Positions 19,721-27,650 of a stretch of 61,714 nucleotides of DNA are shown piece by piece. The notes under the pieces are model-generated. The model was not told where the DNA came from. It saw only the letters and a program-made list of their open reading frames with translations, and made no database searches. This DNA comes from Pedosphaera sp. (GTDB lineage: Bacteria; Verrucomicrobiota; Verrucomicrobiia; Limisphaerales; SIBH01): contig JANOQV010000288.1 of assembly GCA_031414955.1 (NCBI GenBank), positions 1 through 61,714 of the forward strand, written 5' to 3'. Within the stretch, counting starts at the first letter, position 1. Every line of letters begins with the position of its first letter. A program made the translations under genes and the position numbers.

Positions 19721-20695
19721 ATGAAAAAACTGCTCGGCATCTCCGCCCTGTTCCTCTGTGTCAGTGTCGTCACCGCCATCAAGGAACCCAATTTCCTCGC
19801 GCCCATGAACGTGGCCAACCTGTTGCGCTGGACATCGCTCTTCAGCCTCATCGCCATCGGGGTGGCGTTTGTCATCATCACGGGCGGAATCGATCTTTCC
19901 ATCGGCTCGACCATCGGCCTGACTGGTTCACTGCTCGCGGTCCTGCTCACGGTCAAAGGCTGGGGCGTGGGCGCTTCGCTCACTTTGGTGATGCTCGTGT
20001 CGCTCGGGATCGGGCTCTCCCACGGACTGCTCATCACCAAGCTCCGGCTTCAGCCCTTCGTGGTGACGCTTTGCGGGTTGCTCATCTATCGCGGGCTGGC
20101 GCGCTACATCACGGAGGACCAGAGCTTGGGCTTTGGCAATTCTTTCGAGAGCCTCCGGTATCTTTCCGACGGCAAGCTCGCGCTCCCGCTGGCCGGGCCA
20201 TTCACGCTGCCCTTCCCGTTCATCATCATGCTCGTCGTGGGCCTGCTCGCCGCCGTGCTCTTGAACCGCACCATTTACGGCCGCTACCTGCTCGCGCTGG
20301 GCCGGAACGAGACCGCCGCGCGCTACAGCGGCATCAACACCGACGCGATGAAAATCCTGGCCTACGTGATCTGTTCGGCGCTGGCGGGCGTGGCGGGAAT
20401 CCTTTTCTCGCTCAACCTGAATTCCGTCCAGCCGTCTGGCCTGGGGGAATTCTACGAGCTGTATGCCATCGCCGGCGCGGTGCTGGGAGGTTGCAGTCTG
20501 CGCGGTGGCGAAGGTTCCATTCTGGGCGTGATCATCGGCACCGCCGTGATGCGCGTGCTCTACAATTCCATCAATCTGCTCGGCATCCCCACGCACTGGG
20601 AGTTCGCCATTATCGGCACGGTGATTCTCTCGGGCGTGATCGTGGATGAACTGGTCAAACGCTACGCCGCGCAGCGCCGCGCCCGGCATGTTTGA
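19721..20695 (+). CDS. Sugar ABC transporter permease (RbsC-like)
   Basis: IITGGIDLSIG, QPFVVTL, G.NE.AARYSGI, YEL.AIAGAVLGG.SL.GG.G. Confidence 0.95.
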   Translation: MKKLLGISALFLCVSVVTAIKEPNFLAPMNVANLLRWTSLFSLIAIGVAFVIITGGIDLSIGSTIGLTGSLLAVLLTVKGWGVGASLTLVMLVSLGIGLSHGLLITKLRLQPFVVTLCGLLIYRGLARYITEDQSLGFGNSFESLRYLSDGKLALPLAGPFTLPFPFIIMLVVGLLAAVLLNRTIYGRYLLALGRNETAARYSGINTDAMKILAYVICSALAGVAGILFSLNLNSVQPSGLGEFYELYAIAGAVLGGCSLRGGEGSILGVIIGTAVMRVLYNSINLLGIPTHWEFAIIGTVILSGVIVDELVKRYAAQRRARHV

Positions 20696-20711
20696 TCCGG
20701 CCCGGGCCGAA

Positions 20712-21542
20712 TCAGTGCGCCGCCCGGACCATCCGGAAGGTCCGGTCGAAAATCTCGGCGAAAGTTTGCAGTTCGGCGGAGATGGCCGGTGGGGCCTGGG
20801 CAAATTCAGCGGCCCGGGTCTGAAGCGCGGACGGGTCGCGGCGCACCAGACGGCCCAGTTCGATCAACACCGCCACCGGTTCACGCACATCACGTTCCAG
20901 ATTCAGAAGCCGCCGCTGGAAGAGCGCCACTTCGTCGGCTGTTAAAACCATCGGACCGGACGGAGTTCCGCCCACCAGCCGGCGGCCGGGTCCCGCCACG
21001 ATGTTGAGCATCTGTTCAAGCTGGCTGGCCAACTGGTCGAACTTCAACGCCGCCTTGTTAAATTGTGCGCCCACCACAGCCAGCGCCTCGGGACCGAGGG
21101 CGGCATCCACCCCGGACAGCGCGCGCGCGCCAGAAATCATGAAGCCGAGCGTCGCAAGCTCCTTGTTCAATTGCAGCGTTTCACCGTGCAGCGACTTGGC
21201 CGGCTTGGGTTCGACCGTCACCGGCTGGGCCGCCGAGTCCGGCCCCGAGTAGGCCCGCCGCCCCAGGGCCACCGTCCAACTGGAGGCCGGATCAGGCTGC
21301 AACCCCAGGGCACGCTCACAGCAATGAATGAACTCACGCAGCTTGCCCGCGATCTTGGGCGGCTGCTCGACCAGCGTGGTGGTCATGCGGCGGGCCACGT
21401 CCGGGTTGTAACGAATCAACTCCGTGGCGGCGACGACCAGCGCGAGACATCCATTTACGTCGTGGCGAAAAGCGGAAAAATGTCGGGCCAGTTCCTCGAT
21501 TTCGGAAACTGAGAGTGTGACCGGCTGTGATGGCGATGACAT
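20712..21542 (-). CDS. Hypothetical protein with three tandem HisKA/DHp-like helical modules
   Basis: Three roughly 90-aa units each starting P(V/M)(T/V)(L/V); the first has an H-box-like 'FRHDVNGCLALV'. Confidence 0.65.
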   Translation of the reverse strand: MSSPSQPVTLSVSEIEELARHFSAFRHDVNGCLALVVAATELIRYNPDVARRMTTTLVEQPPKIAGKLREFIHCCERALGLQPDPASSWTVALGRRAYSGPDSAAQPVTVEPKPAKSLHGETLQLNKELATLGFMISGARALSGVDAALGPEALAVVGAQFNKAALKFDQLASQLEQMLNIVAGPGRRLVGGTPSGPMVLTADEVALFQRRLLNLERDVREPVAVLIELGRLVRRDPSALQTRAAEFAQAPPAISAELQTFAEIFDRTFRMVRAAH

Positions 21543-21755
21543 CGGGGCGACGATGCGTTTCAACCCGGCTGAATGCAAGTTGGTTTGCCACGGGAACATG
21601 TCTGGAGGGCATGGATCTGAGTCCCGGCCCGAGCTGCCTTTTGGTCACGTCTCCTTCGACCCCGGAGTTGGGCGGAGCGCGGCACGGACATGGCACACCT
21701 TGGAACCCGCCCCGACCAGCCCCGGCCCCGCGGGCTTCTCCGCTGCAGAGAAACG

Positions 21756-22364
21756 CTAGGAGGAGCGCGTGAGCGCGCGGATCTGCCCGACGCTCTCTTC
21801 CGCTGAGCGATGACAAATGGTCTGCCAGCCCAACTGGCTCGCGCCTTCCACGTTCTCCGCCCGGTCGTCGATGAAGAGGATTTCCCTGCCACGCGCGCCG
21901 ATTTGCTGCTCCGTGAGTTCGTAAATTTTCCGGTGCGGCTTGAGCGTGCGCTGCTCGTAGGAGAGCACGTAGCCGGTGAAGTTGGCGAAGAACGGAAAGT
22001 GGCGGCGGATGTGGCGCACCGCGATTTCGTTGGTGTTGGAGAGGATGAAGGTCGGAAGGCTGCGGCCACTCAGTTCTGCTTGCAGGGCTATCATCTCCGG
22101 CAGCTCGCTGAAGATGTCGGCGAACGCGGCGGCGAATTCCGGGAAATCTCCCCGAAAACCAATCAGCCGGCGTGCTTCGTCGAAGAATTCCTGCGTGCTC
22201 ATCTGCCCGGCCTCGTAGCGGAAGAGCAGCGGTGATTGGTCGATGGCCAGACCGACTTCCTCCACGCTCGCGGCCGAGTTCCCGGCCAGCTTGCGCACGG
22301 CGATTCCGTAGTCGAAATCCACCAGCACCTTGCCGAGATCGAAGACGACGGCGCGGACCTTCAC
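21756..22364 (-). CDS. HAD-family phosphatase (YihX-like)
   Basis: VVFDLGKVL, LSNTN, KP, FIDDRAENV. Confidence 0.9.
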   Translation of the reverse strand: MKVRAVVFDLGKVLVDFDYGIAVRKLAGNSAASVEEVGLAIDQSPLLFRYEAGQMSTQEFFDEARRLIGFRGDFPEFAAAFADIFSELPEMIALQAELSGRSLPTFILSNTNEIAVRHIRRHFPFFANFTGYVLSYEQRTLKPHRKIYELTEQQIGARGREILFIDDRAENVEGASQLGWQTICHRSAEESVGQIRALTRSS

Positions 22365-22957
22365 TGAATTTCCCTCCGGCCTTCCAGCGCGCGGCTCAAG
22401 GTCAGTTCGTCGGCAAAATCCAGCCCGCTGCCCGCCGGCAGTCCGTGCGCAATGCGCGTCACCTTCAGGCCGCGATCCGCGAATCTCTTGGCGAGATAAA
22501 AACCGGTGGCGTCACCTTCCACGTCCGTGGAGAGCGCGATGACAACTTCGTGAATCGGCTCCTTGGCCAGCCGCGCCTCAAGCTGGCTGAAGCGCAATTC
22601 CTCCGGCCCGACCCCGTTGAGCGGGGAAATTTTTCCACCGAGCACATGGTATCGGCCACGAAAGGAAGCCGCCTTCTCGAGGCTCAGAATGTCGGTGGGG
22701 CGTTCCACGACGCAGACGATGGTGGCGTCGCGGCGCGGGTCCGCGCAAATGCCGCAGGGGTCAGTCTCGGTGAGCGCGCCGCAGATTGAGCAGAAGCGAA
22801 TGCGCTCACGCGCAGCGAGGATCGCCTCCGCAAGCTGCTTCACCGCTGGCACGTCGGTCTGGACCAGGTGCAGCGCCAGCCGTTCAGCGGAACGCGGCCC
22901 GATGCCGGGCAGCTTGCCCAGCGCGGCGACGAGGGTGGTGATGGATTCGGGAAGCAT
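22361..22957 (-). CDS. recR: Recombination protein RecR
   Basis: LPGIGPRSAERLA, C4 zinc finger, YHVLGGKISPL.GVGP, EGDAT, RIAHGLP.G. Confidence 0.97.
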   Translation of the reverse strand: MLPESITTLVAALGKLPGIGPRSAERLALHLVQTDVPAVKQLAEAILAARERIRFCSICGALTETDPCGICADPRRDATIVCVVERPTDILSLEKAASFRGRYHVLGGKISPLNGVGPEELRFSQLEARLAKEPIHEVVIALSTDVEGDATGFYLAKRFADRGLKVTRIAHGLPAGSGLDFADELTLSRALEGRREIQ

Positions 22958-22964
22958 GAATGGG

Positions 22965-23017
22965 TGAAACGTGAAGCGTGAAACGTGGAATCACGATTCA
23001 CGCTTCATGTGATTTCA
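22965..23017. repeat. Heptamer repeats (TGAAACG / TTCACGA type) in inverted arrangement between ybaB and recR
   Basis: TGAAACGTGAAGCGTGAAACGTGGAATCACGATTCACGCTTCATGTGATTTCA. Confidence 0.7.
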
Positions 23018-23326
23018 CATCATTCCCGGCAGGCTGAAGCCCTGGGTAATCTTGCCCATCTCGCCGTTGGAAATTTCCTTGGCCTGCCCGAGCGCCTGGT
23101 TGATGCCGGTGACAAGCATGTCCTCCAGCAACTGCGCGTCGGCCGGGTTGATGGCCGCCGGGTCGATCTTGATCGAGGCCAGGGTGCCGTCGCAACGGGC
23201 CACGACCTTCACGGCGCCGCCGCCGCTGCTGGCTTCCACGGTGCGGGCGGTGAGGGCGGCCTGGGTTTGTTCCATCTGCTGCTGCATGCGCGCAGCCTGT
23301 TTCATCAGTTTTCCAATGCTAGACAT
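23015..23326 (-). CDS. ybaB: YbaB/EbfC nucleoid-associated protein
   Basis: LMKQA..MQ, SSGGGAVKV, LLEDML...N.A; located between dnaX and recR. Confidence 0.95.
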   Translation of the reverse strand: MSSIGKLMKQAARMQQQMEQTQAALTARTVEASSGGGAVKVVARCDGTLASIKIDPAAINPADAQLLEDMLVTGINQALGQAKEISNGEMGKITQGFSLPGMM

Positions 23327-23368
23327 GGTGAATGAGTTGAGGGTTAGAGGTTGAGAGTTGAGAGCCGA

Positions 23369-25159
23369 TCACGCGCGGACATCGACAATGGTGCCTTTGA
23401 AAATCTCCAGCGCCTTCTTGATCAGAGGGTCGTTCTTGAACTCGGTCGGATCAATTTGCGCCGGTTTGGACGCGGCGGCGGGAGCAGCGGCTCGCACCGG
23501 GGCCGGAGCCGTGGTCGGCGAAAGACTCGGAACTGGGGCGACAGGAGCGGGCGTGGGTTCCGGCGCGGACGGCGCGGGTGCGGGCGCAGCGTATCCACCG
23601 GGCCGCTCCGCCTTGATGATTTTCACCTGCGCGCCGTGGTGCCCAAGCTCCGAGAGCTTGGTTGCGATGAGGGTGTGGTTCTTCGCGTTATCCACCATGC
23701 CGATGTGGTCGGCAAACTCAGGATCGAAGCCAATGGTGAGAACCTTCTTCACGAAGGACACCGGGTGCGCCTCGAGAAAGTAACTCCGCGCAAAGGGGCT
23801 GGCCCGACCGATGGCGTCGAGCAGGTTCGGCCAGAGCGCCTCGACATCAAGATCGCTGGCCGGGGCCAGCGCGGCAGGCGCGGCAGGTGAGGTCGCCACC
23901 GAGGTTTGCGCCGGGCGCGAGGCAGCCGGAACTGGCGCGGGCCTCGGGGCTGCGACCGGTGCGGAAACAGGCCGGGCCAAGGCGGCGGGCGGCGGCGTGG
24001 TAGAAGCCGATCCGGCGTCGCCGCGCAATTCATTCAGCCGCTTCAAGACAGCGTCAATGCTCACGCTGTTGCGCGCCTCGATGGCTTTGATCAGCGCGAC
24101 TTCGATGTAAATTTTCTTGGAGGCGGCGTCGCGCAGGCCGGACTCGGTCTGGGTGAGCGATTCCATGACCCGCGTGAGCGCGTCAGCGGAGACCAGCGCG
24201 GATTGCGCGGCCAGGGTCGCAGCCTCGGCTTCGGAGACTTCCAGCAGGTCGGTGTTGCCCTTGGTGATTTGGAAGACGAGCAAGTTGCGCAAATGCTGCA
24301 ACAGGTCGCCAAGGAACTTGCCCAAATCCTTGCCGTGCCTGGAGAGCTCGTGGAACTCGCCCAGCACGGTCTGCACGTCGCCCTTGAGCAGGCCACCGCT
24401 GAGCGAGAGCAATTGCGATTGCGAGGTGAGTCCGAACATCGAAAGCACGTCCGCCTCGACAATCTTCTCGCCGCAGAAACTGATGAGCTGATCGAGCGCC
24501 GACTCCGCGTCCCTCATGCCGCCGTCCGCGCCGCGCGCGATGGCGTAGAGCGCGGCGTCCTCGATGGTGACGTTCTCCTTGCCCGCGATGAGCCGCAGGT
24601 GATCGACCATGAGTTTGATCGGGATGCGACGCAGATCGAAGCGCTGGCAGCGGGAAAGAATGGTCGCCAGCACCTTCTCCGGCTCGGTGGTGGCGAACAT
24701 GAACTTCACATGGGCCGGCGGCTCTTCGAGTGTTTTCAGGAGCGCGTTGAACGCCTCCTTGGTCAGCATGTGAACTTCGTCGATGATGTAGATTTTGAAC
24801 TTCGAGGAGGCGGGGGCGTATTTCACCGTCTCGCGCAACTCGCGGATTTCCTCGATGCCGCGGTTGCTCGCGCCATCGATCTCCAACACGTCCAGCGCGC
24901 GGCCTTCGGCGATCTCGAGGCACTTGGGGTCATCGTCCGGGAATTCCGCCTTGGGACCGCCCGTGCAGTTCAGGCACATGGCGAAGATGCGGGCGATGGT
25001 CGTCTTGCCTGTGCCGCGCGGCCCGCAGAAGAGATAGGCGTGGGCAATGCGATCGGCCTCGATGGCGTGGCCCAGCGTCTGAGTGACGTGCTCCTGCCCG
25101 ACCACATCGCCGAAGCGTTGCGGGCGGTACTTGCGCGCTATGACCTGATAAGACGACAT
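23369..25159 (-). CDS. dnaX: DNA polymerase III subunit gamma/tau
   Basis: YQVIARKYRPQRF, GPRGTGKT, EIDGASNRG, IIDEVHML, SRCQRF. Confidence 0.98.
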   Translation of the reverse strand: MSSYQVIARKYRPQRFGDVVGQEHVTQTLGHAIEADRIAHAYLFCGPRGTGKTTIARIFAMCLNCTGGPKAEFPDDDPKCLEIAEGRALDVLEIDGASNRGIEEIRELRETVKYAPASSKFKIYIIDEVHMLTKEAFNALLKTLEEPPAHVKFMFATTEPEKVLATILSRCQRFDLRRIPIKLMVDHLRLIAGKENVTIEDAALYAIARGADGGMRDAESALDQLISFCGEKIVEADVLSMFGLTSQSQLLSLSGGLLKGDVQTVLGEFHELSRHGKDLGKFLGDLLQHLRNLLVFQITKGNTDLLEVSEAEAATLAAQSALVSADALTRVMESLTQTESGLRDAASKKIYIEVALIKAIEARNSVSIDAVLKRLNELRGDAGSASTTPPPAALARPVSAPVAAPRPAPVPAASRPAQTSVATSPAAPAALAPASDLDVEALWPNLLDAIGRASPFARSYFLEAHPVSFVKKVLTIGFDPEFADHIGMVDNAKNHTLIATKLSELGHHGAQVKIIKAERPGGYAAPAPAPSAPEPTPAPVAPVPSLSPTTAPAPVRAAAPAAASKPAQIDPTEFKNDPLIKKALEIFKGTIVDVRA

Positions 25160-25256
25160 CTGGAGTGACGATTTACGATTTGTGATTTACGAGCAAGCAC
25201 GCAAACGAGGCGAGCGCACGAATCACACCTCTCAAATCCTGACCGAAGGGAAGAGT

Positions 25257-25348
25257 GCCAGGGTGACCACGGCGGATGCAGAGCAAACTACCGTTGCTGC
25301 CTTCCGGCCCTGGCGGGGTTCGTAAGTCCGCATTCCATGGGCCCTGGC
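25257..25348 (-). ncRNA. ffs: Small bacterial SRP RNA (4.5S)
   Basis: Minus strand GCCAGGG...CCCCGCCAGGGCCGGAAGGCAGCAACGG...CCCTGGC: domain IV GGAA tetraloop with CAGG/AGCA motifs, paired ends, and the usual position upstream of dnaX. Confidence 0.9.
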
Positions 25349-25473
25349 GGGGCGTAATAGAGCGGAGCGGTCCGAGGGCGGCAAGGATTGTTTGCACCGG
25401 CCCCCAATGCGGAGCGCATCTGTTCAAACTCCGCCCTTTCTTTGCCCCGGCGGATTCGCCACTGTTCGCTCCT

Positions 25474-26178
25474 ATGGCGTCGCAGTCAGACAGCATTGGC
25501 TTCAAGGTTTGGGGCGCGGACAACGTCGTCTATGGACCGGTCGAGCTGCCCGAACTGGTGAACTGGGTCCAGGGCAAGCGCATCACCGCCGACACTTGGA
25601 TTTTTTCCGAGAAGGACGACCAATGGAGCAAGGCCGGGCAGTTGCCCGAGCTGCGGATGTTTTACCGGCCCAGGAACGCGACCCTCACGAGCACCAGCGC
25701 GTCCGGCGAGACGGTTCCCACGGCCGCTCTCCGGCGAGTGAAAATCCTGGCCGACCTCTCGGATGAGGATCTGGCGCGCTTCCTCAGCTTCATGGAAGTG
25801 CATACCGCGCGGCAATGGGCACCCATCGTTCATCAAGGCGATCATGGCGACGCCATGTTCTTCGTGCTCGATGGCGAGGTGCGGGTGCGGCTGATGATCA
25901 ACGACAAGGAAAGCACGCTGGTCACACTCGGCCCGGGCGACTTCTTCGGCGAAGTGGCGCTCTTCGACCAAGGCCCGCGCTCGGCCGACGTGGTGGCCAA
26001 CAGCGACGCGGTGTTGCTGAAGATTTCCCATGAAGCCTTTGGCCGTATGAGCGACGCCGCGCCAGACCTGGCCGCACCGTTTTTGCTCGGCATCGGCAAG
26101 ACCCTCACCGCCCGCATCCGCGCCGACAACAAGCGCTACCGCGATTCCGTGGTGCTGGCCCGCGCGGCGCAATACTGA
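25474..26178 (+). CDS. GYF_2/DUF4339-like domain + cyclic-nucleotide-binding domain protein
   Basis: 'YGPV.L.EL..W....I...TW......W....LPEL', then GD.GD.MFFVLDGEV, GDFFGEVALFDQGPRSADV. Start moved downstream of ffs. Confidence 0.85.
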   Translation: MASQSDSIGFKVWGADNVVYGPVELPELVNWVQGKRITADTWIFSEKDDQWSKAGQLPELRMFYRPRNATLTSTSASGETVPTAALRRVKILADLSDEDLARFLSFMEVHTARQWAPIVHQGDHGDAMFFVLDGEVRVRLMINDKESTLVTLGPGDFFGEVALFDQGPRSADVVANSDAVLLKISHEAFGRMSDAAPDLAAPFLLGIGKTLTARIRADNKRYRDSVVLARAAQY

Positions 26179-26292
26179 GAAACAGGGGGGAACCACGAAT
26201 GGACACCCATAGGGCTGACTGAAAAGACTTTTGGTGAATAAGGCCGAGCCTGTTCCTATTCGTGTCCATTGGCCTCCACTCGTGGTAAATGT

Positions 26293-26778
26293 TCAGTCCC
26301 GGAAATTCTGGAACTGTAACGACACTGGGAATTCCTTTGCCTGCACCGCGCCGATCACCGTCTGCAAATCATCCCGGCTCTTGCCCGTCACGCGGATCTG
26401 CTGTTCCTGGATCTGGGTCGTGACCTTGAACTTGCCGTCGCGGATGAAGGTGGTGACTTCCTTGGCCACCGCGGTCTCGATGCCCTGCTTGATTTTGATC
26501 AACTGCCGCGCGTGGCCGAGCGGCGAAAGATCGGGATCCTTGCGCTCGATGTTCTTCATGCTCACACCGCGCTTGGCCAGCTTGCCGATGACCATTTCCT
26601 CCAGCGCCTGGATCTTGAAGGCGTCGGGCGCGGTCAGCTTGATCTCGTTCTTCTCCAGCGTGATCTCGGCCTTGGTGCCCTTGAAGTCGAAGCGCTGGGC
26701 CAGCTCCTTCTTCGCCTGGTTGACGGCGTTCTCGATCTCCATCGAGTTCACTTCCGAAACAATATCAAATGTTGGCAT
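26293..26778 (-). CDS. yajQ: YajQ-family nucleotide (c-di-GMP)-binding protein
   Basis: MPTFDIVS..NAVNQA.KE...RFDFKG...IRVTGKSRDDLQ...QFQNFRD. Confidence 0.95.
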   Translation of the reverse strand: MPTFDIVSEVNSMEIENAVNQAKKELAQRFDFKGTKAEITLEKNEIKLTAPDAFKIQALEEMVIGKLAKRGVSMKNIERKDPDLSPLGHARQLIKIKQGIETAVAKEVTTFIRDGKFKVTTQIQEQQIRVTGKSRDDLQTVIGAVQAKEFPVSLQFQNFRD

Positions 26779-26936
26779 GGGCGGAGACGTTAGGAACCGG
26801 GCAGAAAAAGGGAAGCAGGAATCGGCGGGCGGGTGAATGATCCCGGCATTACTGGCGCGGCGAATGAATGGTTGACGGTCGGCGCAAAGCGCGATGCACT
26901 CCTGTCGTTTTCAAACTCCCGGCATTTGCGCACCCG

Positions 26937-27641
26937 ATGAGCGCCTTTACGACCACCCGTTGGAGCCTGATTCTGCGCGCCCGAGACGCAGAACCGCAGG
27001 AGTCGCTGCGCGCACTGGGCGAACTGTGCAGCACCTATGCCCCCGCTTTGCACGCCTACGCTCAATCACTCGCCCACGTTTATGGCTGGCAGTTCAGCCA
27101 TCACGACGCGCAAGACCTGGTCCAGGATTTTCTCGTCCAACGCCTGCTCGAGGCGGAGTTCTACGCCAAAGTAGAACCTGAACGCGGACGCTTTCGTACG
27201 TTCCTCAAGCACTGCTTCAGAAACTTTTTCCTGAACCGGATGGCTCAGACGCGGCGGCGGGAGAATCGCCACGCGGATGTGGACAATCTTGATTCGTTGG
27301 CCGCCGCGCAGGAAGTCGTGGCTGGTGAAGCCTACGACCGTGCTTACGCCGCCGTGGTCGTCGCCCGCGCCCTCGAAGAACTGGAGGGCGATTTTGCGCG
27401 CCGCGGCCAGCAACGACTATTTCACGCGTTGCGTCCCGTTCTGGAAAGCGAACGCGGTGCCGGCAGCCATCGCGAAACAGCGGCCTCGCTGGGCATGACC
27501 GAGAACGCCGTGAAGATGGCGGCGCTGCGGCTGCGTCAACGCTACCGCGACACTGTTCTGAAAACGGTCCGTGAGACGGTGGAAGTCCCCGCGCAGGCCG
27601 GCGACGAAGCGCGCTACCTGCACCGGTTGCTCGCAGCATAA
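26937..27641 (+). CDS. ECF sigma factor of the Ser/Thr-kinase-associated type
   Basis: FTTTRWSLI, DAQDLVQDF, RGRFRTFL, A..LGMTENAVK....RLR.RY; directly upstream of a kinase gene. Confidence 0.85.
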   Translation: MSAFTTTRWSLILRARDAEPQESLRALGELCSTYAPALHAYAQSLAHVYGWQFSHHDAQDLVQDFLVQRLLEAEFYAKVEPERGRFRTFLKHCFRNFFLNRMAQTRRRENRHADVDNLDSLAAAQEVVAGEAYDRAYAAVVVARALEELEGDFARRGQQRLFHALRPVLESERGAGSHRETAASLGMTENAVKMAALRLRQRYRDTVLKTVRETVEVPAQAGDEARYLHRLLAA

Positions 27642-27650
27642 AATTCACCT

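Noticed and set aside
25276..25473. N-terminal extension of the cNMP-binding ORF and minus-strand ORF 25173..25523
   Set aside because: Both overlap the SRP RNA gene; ATG 25474 gives a coherent domain start.
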